Part shown: one piece after another, positions 19,543 through 28,448 of the stretch
How the letters are laid out: each line of letters starts with the position of its first letter
How positions within the stretch are numbered: the stretch's first letter is position 1
Source of the DNA: a bacterium
Lineage (GTDB): Bacteria; Patescibacteriota; Minisyncoccia; Phycocordibacterales; CAIZLB01
Length of the DNA: 64,000 nt
NCBI GenBank assembly: GCA_027490575.1
Contig: JAIXXV010000032.1
Coordinates: 13,211 to 77,210 of the forward strand
Reading direction: 5' to 3'
Notes under the pieces: model-generated
What the model saw: the letters and a program-made list of their open reading frames with translations, nothing else
What the model was told of the DNA's origin: nothing
Databases searched by the model: none
Program-made: the position numbers and the translations under genes

Positions 19543-19947
19543 CTATTCCTCCTTTTTAAAATCCAAAGAAATACTATTGATACAGTACCTATCACACACT
19601 CCGCCACTTGCTTTCACGGGACCATCTGGAAAAACATGACCTAGGTGTGCTCCGCATTTTTTACACAAAACCTCAGTCCTTCTCATACCATGCGTATCAT
19701 CTGGCACCAAAGTCACAGCTTCTACATCAGCAGGGTCTGTAAATGATGGCCATCCCGAACCACTGTCAAACTTTGTATTCGAAGAAAAAAGCTCAGTACC
19801 GCATACGGCACAGTGATACATACCGTTACCTTTCTCATTTACATGTTTCCCTACAAAAGGCGCCTCGGTTCCTTTTTCAAATGCGACTTTGTATAGTTCC
19901 GGATTTTTTTCTTTTAATTCCTCATGATTAGTGTTGGTGTTATTCAT
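19543..19947 (-). CDS. msrB: Peptide methionine sulfoxide reductase MsrB
   Basis: Two CxxC zinc motifs ([21 protein letters not shown]) and GWPSF. Confidence 0.9.
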   Translation of the reverse strand: MNNTNTNHEELKEKNPELYKVAFEKGTEAPFVGKHVNEKGNGMYHCAVCGTELFSSNTKFDSGSGWPSFTDPADVEAVTLVPDDTHGMRRTEVLCKKCGAHLGHVFPDGPVKASGGVCDRYCINSISLDFKKEE

Positions 19948-19975
19948 GTACTAATTATACTCCTATTGATCGAAA

Positions 19976-21379
19976 TTGTTATTAAGTAATAAATATGGCA
20001 TTATGTTTTATCTAAATAAATTGGCTTTTGCCGTAGCCTGTAAGCACCAAATGACTAAAAACAAGGATAAATTGAGAATATTATCAATAGAAACCAGCTG
20101 TGACGAGACAGCAGTTTCAATAATAGACGCTGAAGGAGGTGTTGATACACCTGTTTTCAAAGTTCTTGGAAATGCACTCTACTCACAAATAGACTTACAT
20201 GCCGAATACGGTGGTGTATTCCCGATGCTTGCCAAAAGAGAGCATGGTAAAAATCTGGTTCCACTACTTGATCAAGCAGTTGATATTGCTTTAAAATCAG
20301 CTGACATAACTGACAGTACTGCACAATCCACAGAATCACAAAACTCATTCACAAACCTCACCGAGCAAACTACTCTCATCACAAGCATCCTAGAGAAAGA
20401 GCAAGGTCTATCAGAGACTCTACTAAAATACCTTGAAGAAAATATAAATAAATTATCAAGTTTAAATATAGATTATATTGCGGTAACAAAAGGACCAGGG
20501 CTTGAACCCGCTCTTTGGGTAGGTATTAGTTTTGCAAAAGCACTTTCTATAGCTGTGCAAAAACCATTGATACCTATAAATCACATGGAAGGTCATATTG
20601 TTTCTGTTTTGACTGACGATACTCTGAACGGAGCCCCTAGCGACTCGGTAGAGCACAGAGTAAACTTCCCCGCTCTCGCATTACTAATCTCTGGTGGCCA
20701 CACCGAGCTAGTAGAATGCAAAAACTGGAATGAATACAAGATAATCGGACACACTGTGGATGATGCTATAGGTGAAGCCTTCGACAAAGTAGCTAGACTC
20801 ATCGGTATACCATATCCCGGTGGACCAGTCATATCAAAGCTTGCAAAGGAAAGTCGAGATCAAGACACAACTGCTGAATACGAAAGAACTCATGGAAACA
20901 GACCATGGTCACTCCCTCGACCAATGATACATAGTAAGGATTTAAACTTTTCGTTTTCAGGTATCAAGACCGCTGTTCTATACGCTGTTAGGGAAAAAAC
21001 AGCACAATCAAAGGGTGCAGAACTATCGGACACTGACAAAAAAACATTAGCAGAAGAATTTGAAAATGCTGTAACTGAAGTTATTATCAAAAAAACTGAA
21101 AGGGCCATTGAACAAACTCACTCCGAAACACTCATAGTGGGTGGCGGTGTTATTGCAAATACATACATACGAAATGAACTGAAAAAAATGATTTCAGAAA
21201 AGTTCTCACATGTATCACTTTTGATACCGACCCTTGATATGACAACAGATAACTCAGTCATGATTGGAGTTGCTGGGTATTTGAAAGCTATTTCTAAACC
21301 TGAAAACATCATCCTGCCTGGTGATATAGAAAAACTCACTGCACTTGGTGCCAAAGGTAGTCTTGGACTAGAAGAATAA
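19976..21379 (+). CDS. tsaD: tRNA N6-adenosine threonylcarbamoyltransferase TsaD (Kae1/Gcp family), with a ~60-aa low-complexity insertion
   Basis: RILSIETSCDETAVSIID...FPMLAKREHG...GPGLEPALWVGISFAKALS...LISGGHT. The true start is probably at MTKNKDKLRILSIE. Q/S/T-rich insert lies around residues 110-165. Confidence 0.85.
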   Translation: MLLSNKYGIMFYLNKLAFAVACKHQMTKNKDKLRILSIETSCDETAVSIIDAEGGVDTPVFKVLGNALYSQIDLHAEYGGVFPMLAKREHGKNLVPLLDQAVDIALKSADITDSTAQSTESQNSFTNLTEQTTLITSILEKEQGLSETLLKYLEENINKLSSLNIDYIAVTKGPGLEPALWVGISFAKALSIAVQKPLIPINHMEGHIVSVLTDDTLNGAPSDSVEHRVNFPALALLISGGHTELVECKNWNEYKIIGHTVDDAIGEAFDKVARLIGIPYPGGPVISKLAKESRDQDTTAEYERTHGNRPWSLPRPMIHSKDLNFSFSGIKTAVLYAVREKTAQSKGAELSDTDKKTLAEEFENAVTEVIIKKTERAIEQTHSETLIVGGGVIANTYIRNELKKMISEKFSHVSLLIPTLDMTTDNSVMIGVAGYLKAISKPENIILPGDIEKLTALGAKGSLGLEE

Positions 21380-21429
21380 TCCGACTTGCGTTCAATCACA
21401 CCGTGAGTTTTCAGGTGGGATTTTCTAAT

Positions 21430-21771
21430 CTACATCACAAACTCAATACTCAAAGTACAAGTATCTCCTTGTTGCAAACCTTCAGCTCTCCGTATTTTCG
21501 CATTTATAGGTAAAATGTATTCTGTGACACCTTTAGTATTTAAAGTCTTAGTCGGAAATACTGATGATGACCATGTCGACTTTCCCACCAAAACATTTAC
21601 CTTTACAGTACCAAAATCTCTACCAACTTTCTTTATCTCTTTTCTACGATTGTTAATGATCTCCGAATACCCGCTCGGCAAAGTCACAAAATGCCAACTC
21701 GCCGATTCACTCGGATATATCCATATTTGAGCTGTGAATGGTTTTAACTTCACTTTCACATATTTTGCCAC
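21430..21771 (-). CDS. DUF1905 domain protein
   Basis: WHFVTLP...GTVKVNVLVGKSTWSSSVFP...ILPINAKIRRAEGLQQGDTCTLSIE fits the DUF1905 pattern. Confidence 0.5.
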   Translation of the reverse strand: MAKYVKVKLKPFTAQIWIYPSESASWHFVTLPSGYSEIINNRRKEIKKVGRDFGTVKVNVLVGKSTWSSSVFPTKTLNTKGVTEYILPINAKIRRAEGLQQGDTCTLSIEFVM

Positions 21772-21970
21772 ATATTCTATTAATTATGTAATAAATCTAT
21801 CTATTTACAAATATATGTATTAATGATATAATATAGGCACTTTTGGTTTAGTTAAAAGCTTCCCTTTTGTCTAAAGGTGAGCTCATAAGCCCAAGGTATT
21901 GTTCATTGAAAAGTATAAGGTGGCGCATTAGTCATCTTTACCAAAAAACAAAAAAGAAAGGATTAGAAAA

Positions 21971-23038
21971 GTGAAATCATTAAGGCAACTAAGTGTTGAG
22001 GTGAAAAAAATGGGCCGTGAACTCAGAGTGGTCACCCACGACGGCATGAGCCATCCAGATGAAGCATTTGTACTCGCCATGATCAAGTGGCTCTGTATCA
22101 ATGTTTTGAATGTCAAATACAAATTCAAACGCACACGGGATCCAGGCCTCATAAATGCTGCGGACATTGCAATCGATGTCGGCAACGTTTATGACCCTGA
22201 GCATTTCCGGTACGATCATCACGGTCCAGAAGGTGCTGGAAGGCGTCCTGAAAAGGCAGGTCACCAAGGAATCAGCTACTCTTCTTTCGGGATCTTTTGG
22301 AAAGATCATGGTCTAGAATTCGTATCAGGTGTCGTAAAAAAGCTTACTGATTACGAAATTCCAACATGGATACTTGAAAAAGCCGTTGGAGAAGTCGACA
22401 GAAATCTGGTTGAAGGGACATGCGCCTTAGATACCGGAGAAGCGAAGGTCAGGTCAAACAACATCAGAGTACCTTCGTTGCATTCAGCTTTTTCAGTAAT
22501 AAACCCGACGTGGATTGAGGCTTCCGGAAAAGATGCACGTGACAACGCGCTCTGGAACTCTCTTCCTATGATGGGTGACATACTGATTGGCTACATCATG
22601 AGGTCGGTCGAACATCACTACTCCGAAAGCTACGTGATGCAAGGAATCAATTCATGTCGTGACGGGATCTTGGTACTCAAAACACCGACCCAGGCATGGA
22701 GAAGACTTGTCAACAAATCAAGACGAGGGAATGAAATCCTTACTGTGGTTCAGCCACAGATGGATGACGCTCAAACTTGGTGTGTTCATGCGGTAGAGGA
22801 TGGAGAAGGTACTCTGAGGATTCGCTTTCCTGAAGAGTGGGGTGGTCTGGAGCAAGATAGCTTGCGTAGTGTCACTGGTAACGAAAAAGTAACCTTTGTA
22901 CACACAGCGGGTTTTATCGCTGCAGCTGAAGACAAACAAAGCGCGATTATGTTAGCAAAGCTGGGTATCGCCAAGTATCAAAAAGAAGACGAATACGAAG
23001 GGGCAGGTTTGGATTCAGAAACTGCTACCGTAAACTAA
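21971..23038 (+). CDS. MYG1/UPF0160 family metal-dependent hydrolase
   Basis: VVTHDGMSHPDEAFVLAMIKWL parallels the MYG1 N-terminal motif IGTHxGxFHCDEalAcxlLr. The likely start is MGRELRVV at ~22010. Confidence 0.65.
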   Translation: MKSLRQLSVEVKKMGRELRVVTHDGMSHPDEAFVLAMIKWLCINVLNVKYKFKRTRDPGLINAADIAIDVGNVYDPEHFRYDHHGPEGAGRRPEKAGHQGISYSSFGIFWKDHGLEFVSGVVKKLTDYEIPTWILEKAVGEVDRNLVEGTCALDTGEAKVRSNNIRVPSLHSAFSVINPTWIEASGKDARDNALWNSLPMMGDILIGYIMRSVEHHYSESYVMQGINSCRDGILVLKTPTQAWRRLVNKSRRGNEILTVVQPQMDDAQTWCVHAVEDGEGTLRIRFPEEWGGLEQDSLRSVTGNEKVTFVHTAGFIAAAEDKQSAIMLAKLGIAKYQKEDEYEGAGLDSETATVN

Positions 23039-23072
23039 CAATCTCACTGACATAAGTCAGTCGAGGTCGTAG

Positions 23073-23100
23073 GGCTCCCCCAGTGGGAGCCCTATATTTT
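23073..23100 (+). terminator. Intrinsic terminator
   Basis: GGGCTCCCCCAGTGGGAGCCC followed by TATATTTTTTT. Confidence 0.6.
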
Positions 23101-23251
23101 TTTATATAAAACTTGCTTAAATAGATAGATGCATAAATAAAAACCCACCGGCGAAACAAGTCGCTCGGTGGGCACACTAACTTGTTGATACACTTGTGGA
23201 CAGACAAATGCATGCAAGCAGGTAGCAAAGCTAACGAGACTGGCCAACTCT

Positions 23252-23878
23252 TCAAGGTACAGGATTCGCAAGTACAGTTAAGAGCCAAATTAGACCCACA
23301 ACACTAGCGAGGACAGAACCTACTGTAAGTACGAGTACCCATCTGAACCTTGAAGATTTGCTTTCCTTCATCTCCAATATCAAGGATTTTCTTTTCACCA
23401 GTCTTTCAGCAAGAAGCTTGCAAAAAGTATCCATCAGCTTTGTTCCACTGCCTGCCAATCTCAACTCTTCAGATGTTGGCTTAGGTACCTTGATTGAATC
23501 ATTGAAAAATGTCCAATCTTTTGAGAAGAGATGAGAATGAGAGTAAAGCCTGATCAAACTCGACAACCTCGGCACATCCCCCCAAGTAAGATTGTTCCAA
23601 AAAGAAGCAATGTGACTTGAATGCATGCTTCCTGGACCGAAAGGATCGGTGACCATATCAACAATCTTCTCGTAGACATAGTCAAAACTCGAATTCATCG
23701 TGCGAGGGATTTCCTGATCTGGATTGAATGGTCTTTTCTTACCCCTACGACCCAGTACTCTTCTTATCGCATTGTTACGACGACGTAACTTTTCCCTTCG
23801 TCTCGCTTCCTCTTTCTTTGCCAGTTTTCTTTGTTCCGACACCGCCTTTTCACTGTGCTTAATTCCACTAAGATTCAT
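23252..23878 (-). CDS. Hypothetical tail-anchored membrane protein with an Arg/Lys-rich N-terminus
   Basis: A single C-terminal TM helix (WVLVLTVGSVLASVVGLIWLLTVL) and a basic N-terminal 50 aa. Confidence 0.4.
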   Translation of the reverse strand: MNLSGIKHSEKAVSEQRKLAKKEEARRREKLRRRNNAIRRVLGRRGKKRPFNPDQEIPRTMNSSFDYVYEKIVDMVTDPFGPGSMHSSHIASFWNNLTWGDVPRLSSLIRLYSHSHLFSKDWTFFNDSIKVPKPTSEELRLAGSGTKLMDTFCKLLAERLVKRKSLILEMKESKSSRFRWVLVLTVGSVLASVVGLIWLLTVLANPVP

Positions 23879-24082
23879 AAACAGCCTCCTTTTTTATTGG
23901 TTTAGTTTTGACTTGAGAATGAGCTATACCGACGGACATGTGTAGCCGAGGTAACTGTATTTTCCTGACTACATATTACATAATATCTAGACATTATCAA
24001 TGTGTCCGCTATCTACTAACGGCACCCCTACTCCTACTATCTGCAAACTGACAACCCCTTAAAAATCTGATAATATCTACCT

Positions 24083-26560
24083 ATGACCAATAATACAAAT
24101 AGTGGTGGTCCTGGTTTTGAACATAACCAAGAGCCTGCCACTCAAAACAATCCTAAAAACAATATCCGAGACACAGACAAGCCTATTTACAAAGAGCCTA
24201 ATATCCCTGCGCCACTACTCTCACCTTACAACCCTGCATTATCAGAACCTGTTGCCATATCTATCAACGAGAAAAGTGGACTTGCTAATCCTGATAAATG
24301 CATAGAGCTTGGACTGACATCAACAGACGCACCGCACTACTCCATAGTACTTCCCCCACCAAATGTTACAGGCACACTTCACTTAGGACATGGTCTGATG
24401 GCGACTCTACAAGATATCAGTATTCGTTTTGAGCGTATGCGTGGCAAGCAGGCACTTTGGATACCAGGTACCGACCACGCTGCCATTGCTACTCAATCAA
24501 AAGTAGAAAAAGATATTTCAAAGAAAGAAGGTAAAAGCCGTTATGACCTTGGTCGCGATGAGATGCTTAAGCGCATAGACGCATTTGCAACTGAAAGTCA
24601 TGACACTATAGTCACTCAGATAAAGAGAATGGGTGCATCTTTGGATTGGTCACGAGAAGCATTTACACTCGATGAAGCTCGTAACAAAGCAGTGAGAACA
24701 GTTTTCAAAAAAATGTACGACGATGGTTTGATATATCAAGGATCGCGCATAGTAAACTGGGACCCAAAAGGACAGACTACGATTTCTGATGATGAGATTG
24801 TGCATGAAGAGAGGAAAGCAAAGCTATACACATTTAAATACAGCAAAGATTTCCCTATCTCTATCTCAACGACTAGACCTGAGACAAAGGTTGGAGATAC
24901 AGCAGTAGCAGTACACCCAGAAGATGAAAGATATGCAGAGTATGTTGGTAAAACATATGACCTAGATTTTTGTGGGTCAAAGATTTCTGTAAAGATTATT
25001 GCTGATCATGCAGTTGAAAAAGACTTCGGTACAGGTGCTCTCGGAGTAACACCTGCCCACAGTATGGTTGACTGGGAAATGTCTCGTAGACATGACTTGC
25101 CAGTTGTACAGGTCATAGATGAAAAGGCTCGAATGATTGTTTCTCAAGACTCCCCTCTCTATGACAAAGAAAAAAATATCGGTATGAAGACTACTGATGC
25201 ACGCGAAAAGGTCGTCGAGTGGTTACGTGAGCAAGGTCTTCTAGAAAAAGAAGAAGATATTATACAAAGAATCGGTACAGCAGAGAGAACAGGTGGTATC
25301 ATCGAGCCTCTTCCGAAGAAACAATGGTGGGTAGCTGTTACAAAACCATTTACAATCAAACACTCAAATATCAGTGGTGTACAAAGCGGTCAACAAACAA
25401 CTCTAAAAGAGATAATGCAAAAAGCTGTTTCAGAAGGACAGATTGCTATTATGCCCGAGCATTACAATAAGACTTATTTCCACTGGATAGATAACCTCAA
25501 CGACTGGTGTATTTCTAGACAGATTTGGTATGGGCATAGGATACCTGTTTGGTACAAGATGGGTTCAAGCGACCAAAGTTCAGGTGCGATTTCTAGCTCA
25601 GCAAAAAGCGAAGTGTACTGCGATGTTCTATCACCTACCGAAGCTGGTCTACCTGATGCTGACATGTATGTACAAGATGAAGACACCCTAGACACTTGGT
25701 TCTCATCTGGTCTTTGGACTTTCTCGACGCTTGGATGGCCAGACAACATTGACGCTAAAACTGGAGAAACAATGGCTGGCTCTGACCTTTCTCGTTTTCA
25801 CCCTACAAACCTGCTTATCACTGGACCTGACATACTTTTCTTCTGGGTTGCACGAATGATCTTGATGACAGGATACGCACTTGGTGAAATACCATTTTCA
25901 AAAGTATACCTAAACGGTATCGTTCGAGATATCAAGGGTCAAAAGATGAGTAAGTCACTTGGAAACGGTGGAGACCCGGTAGAGATATCTGAAAAGTACG
26001 GCGCGGATGCACTTCGTATGTTCTACGCTATGAGTACAGCGCCAGGAACTGATTCTAGGCTAGATGAAAACAAGATAAAGGGCTTTAAGCATTTTGCAAA
26101 TAAGATTTGGAATATCGTAAGGTTCGTGCTGACTGCAACAGAAAACCATACATATGATAAAAGCTTCAGTGGATGGACAGAAAAAGACTCAGTACTGCGC
26201 GCAGAGAGAGATGATATTTTCAAAGCTGTAACCAGAGAGATAGAAGAGAGCAAATACCACCTAGCATCTGAAAAAGTTTATCAATATACATGGAGTACCC
26301 TTGCTGATGTAATACTTGAGGATAGCAAGTTCGTATTCGCAGGTAATGACGAGGAGGCAAAATTATCTCGAGCAAAGTTTCTACTTGAGACAATCAGACT
26401 TATCACGATAGTCGCGCACCCTTTCATGCCACATGTCACTGAAGAAGTTTGGTCATTGTTAACCACAGGTAAAAGTCTAATAGAGCGAGTACAAAACGAT
26501 ACTTCACATGCTACAATAAATCCAAGCGATCTATTGATGGCACAAAAATGGCCTTTTTAA
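24083..26560 (+). CDS. valS: Valyl-tRNA synthetase (short form lacking the long C-terminal coiled coil)
   Basis: PPPNVTGTLHLGHGLM (HIGH region), WIPGTDHAAIATQ and KMSKSLGN. Confidence 0.9.
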   Translation: MTNNTNSGGPGFEHNQEPATQNNPKNNIRDTDKPIYKEPNIPAPLLSPYNPALSEPVAISINEKSGLANPDKCIELGLTSTDAPHYSIVLPPPNVTGTLHLGHGLMATLQDISIRFERMRGKQALWIPGTDHAAIATQSKVEKDISKKEGKSRYDLGRDEMLKRIDAFATESHDTIVTQIKRMGASLDWSREAFTLDEARNKAVRTVFKKMYDDGLIYQGSRIVNWDPKGQTTISDDEIVHEERKAKLYTFKYSKDFPISISTTRPETKVGDTAVAVHPEDERYAEYVGKTYDLDFCGSKISVKIIADHAVEKDFGTGALGVTPAHSMVDWEMSRRHDLPVVQVIDEKARMIVSQDSPLYDKEKNIGMKTTDAREKVVEWLREQGLLEKEEDIIQRIGTAERTGGIIEPLPKKQWWVAVTKPFTIKHSNISGVQSGQQTTLKEIMQKAVSEGQIAIMPEHYNKTYFHWIDNLNDWCISRQIWYGHRIPVWYKMGSSDQSSGAISSSAKSEVYCDVLSPTEAGLPDADMYVQDEDTLDTWFSSGLWTFSTLGWPDNIDAKTGETMAGSDLSRFHPTNLLITGPDILFFWVARMILMTGYALGEIPFSKVYLNGIVRDIKGQKMSKSLGNGGDPVEISEKYGADALRMFYAMSTAPGTDSRLDENKIKGFKHFANKIWNIVRFVLTATENHTYDKSFSGWTEKDSVLRAERDDIFKAVTREIEESKYHLASEKVYQYTWSTLADVILEDSKFVFAGNDEEAKLSRAKFLLETIRLITIVAHPFMPHVTEEVWSLLTTGKSLIERVQNDTSHATINPSDLLMAQKWPF

Positions 26561-27333
26561 GCACACTAAATAATCTAGCATCGACACCGGTTGAGAGTCT
26601 GATAAGTACTCCTAGTATTTTTAGCCTGGAAGTTTTCGGTATTGCACTTATAGGAGGACTCCTACCCGCACTGGTATGGCTTTGGTTCTGGATGCATGAA
26701 AGTCATGACCACCATGAGCCAAAAAGCGTGCTTTGGAGTGTATTCATACTTGGCATGGCCAGTGTTTTTTTAGTACTACCAATACAAGCACTTTTGTCTA
26801 GGTATATGGACTTACCAATGGTGCCCGATAACTCATTCAGCATTATACTTTGGGCTGGTATTGAAGAAATTATAAAATACTCAGTTGCATTTGCTGCAGC
26901 ACTTAGATTTAAACCTGATGTATTTGATGAGCCTATAGACGCATTTGTCTATTTGATGACGGCGGCACTTGGCTTTGCTGCTATGGAAAATATACTTTTC
27001 TTGATTGGGCCACTACTACAAGGCGAGACAATCCTGACTATCATGACAGGTAATATGCGCTTTATGGGTGCCAACTTATTGCATGTTGCTTCATCAGGTG
27101 CACTGTCTATATTTATAGCCTATGGATATTACAAATCAAAAACTGCTCAACTTGGATACTTGATATCAGGACTTGCTGCGGCTACTCTATTGCATGCATT
27201 GTTTAATTTTCTTATAATACTATTAACAGAAATACAAAAGGAAATGATCTTTGTTGCATTCTCATACGTTTGGGTCACTCTGATCATTCTGATTCTGGCA
27301 CTTGAAAAGGTGAAAAAGATAAAACAATTTTAG
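26548..27333 (+). CDS. PrsW-like intramembrane protease family protein
   Basis: Multi-TM protein carrying GIEEIIKYS, GFAAMENILF and a LHVASSG...GYY region, resembling the PrsW EExxK / FxxxE / H motifs. Overlaps the valS stop by 13 nt. Confidence 0.5.
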   Translation: MAFLSTLNNLASTPVESLISTPSIFSLEVFGIALIGGLLPALVWLWFWMHESHDHHEPKSVLWSVFILGMASVFLVLPIQALLSRYMDLPMVPDNSFSIILWAGIEEIIKYSVAFAAALRFKPDVFDEPIDAFVYLMTAALGFAAMENILFLIGPLLQGETILTIMTGNMRFMGANLLHVASSGALSIFIAYGYYKSKTAQLGYLISGLAAATLLHALFNFLIILLTEIQKEMIFVAFSYVWVTLIILILALEKVKKIKQF

Positions 27334-27392
27334 TCAGTTAGCAGGTATCAGATGACAGATATCAGTTGTCAGATAGCAGGTATCAGTTAGGG
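27331..27392 (+). repeat. Heptamer-periodic (NNTANCAG)n repeat immediately after the prsW-like stop
   Basis: tagtcag ttagcag gtatcag atgacag atatcag ttgtcag atagcag gtatcag. Confidence 0.65.
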
Positions 27393-27447
27393 GCAAAAAA
27401 AGGCGGGCAAATTAATAATTAGTAACTTCAAGCATTAAGCAAAAACC

Positions 27448-27933
27448 ATGAAAAAAAGATCATTTTTTGAAAGACTGACAGGTAGTGTAAATCTCGATGA
27501 TGACGATTTCATCTTGGACGAAGATGCAGAGGCTAGCGAACCAAAAGAGATCCGTCGAACAATACAACCAGGCGCGTCTTCATGGATGGATGAGCAGGCT
27601 GGTGAAGGTGAGCTTTCTGTAGATGTGTACCAAACTCCTGATGAAATAATTGTAAAAGCCCTTATACCTGGTGTTAGAAAAGATGATGTTGATATATCTA
27701 TATCTCGAGACTCTATAACTATTCGCGGTAGCAGAAAAGAAGAAAAAACTATCTCAGACGATAACTACATTGTTCAAGAGCTATATTGGGGAGCATTTTC
27801 AAGAACTGTTAGACTTCCCCATGAAGTAGACATCGAGCACTCAGATGCTACTGAAAGCCAAGGGGTGCTTACGATAAAACTTCCTCGAGTAGACAAGGAC
27901 AGACAAGCGAAGCTTAGGGTGAAGTCTGTTTAG
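27448..27933 (+). CDS. Hsp20/alpha-crystallin small heat-shock protein
   Basis: Alpha-crystallin domain: ELSVDVYQTPDEIIVKALIPGVRKDDVDISI...GVLTIKLPR. Confidence 0.85.
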   Translation: MKKRSFFERLTGSVNLDDDDFILDEDAEASEPKEIRRTIQPGASSWMDEQAGEGELSVDVYQTPDEIIVKALIPGVRKDDVDISISRDSITIRGSRKEEKTISDDNYIVQELYWGAFSRTVRLPHEVDIEHSDATESQGVLTIKLPRVDKDRQAKLRVKSV

Positions 27934-27986
27934 GTTTAGGGTTGATGTTGAGCTCTTTGGATAAGTTAAATATATACACAAGAAAA

Positions 27987-28011
27987 AAGACCCTAAACGG
28001 GTCTTTTTTAC
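27987..28011. terminator. Bidirectional intrinsic terminator between hsp20 (+) and rpsP (-)
   Basis: AAGACCCtaaacGGGTCTT with an A-run before and a T-run after. Confidence 0.6.
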
Positions 28012-28029
28012 ATCTCTTTATATCTTTGA

Positions 28030-28353
28030 CTATGCAGCTACCGCTTCTTCTTTCTTTGCAACAGTCTTCTTTGGAAGTACGTTTTTCTTTTTAGCATCTA
28101 GAACCTTGCTAGTAACTAGTAGGTTGTGAGCAGTATCAGAAACTTGGGCTCCTTTTGAAATCCAATGCTTAATCCTATCAGCTTTTATAATAGTACCATC
28201 CTTTCTAAAGTTGTGAGAACCTAGGATCTCAAGAAACTTACCGCTTTTTGTAGAGTTTTGAGATTCAGTCAAAACAAGTCTAAAAGACGGCTCGTTTTTC
28301 TTCCCTACTCTTTGTAGTCGTATTTTTAACATAAGTGGCTTAGATAGTATCAA
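28030..28353 (-). CDS. rpsP: 30S ribosomal protein S16
   Basis: MLKIRLQRVGKKNEPSFRLVL is the canonical bS16 N-terminus. Confidence 0.85.
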   Translation of the reverse strand: MILSKPLMLKIRLQRVGKKNEPSFRLVLTESQNSTKSGKFLEILGSHNFRKDGTIIKADRIKHWISKGAQVSDTAHNLLVTSKVLDAKKKNVLPKKTVAKKEEAVAA

Positions 28354-28448
28354 AAAAGCCCCTAAGCGTCAATGACCATTATGAAATTGGCCTGTTTTCT
28401 GGTAGCATATACACAATAAACGCCCGATAAACATAAAATCAATACAAT

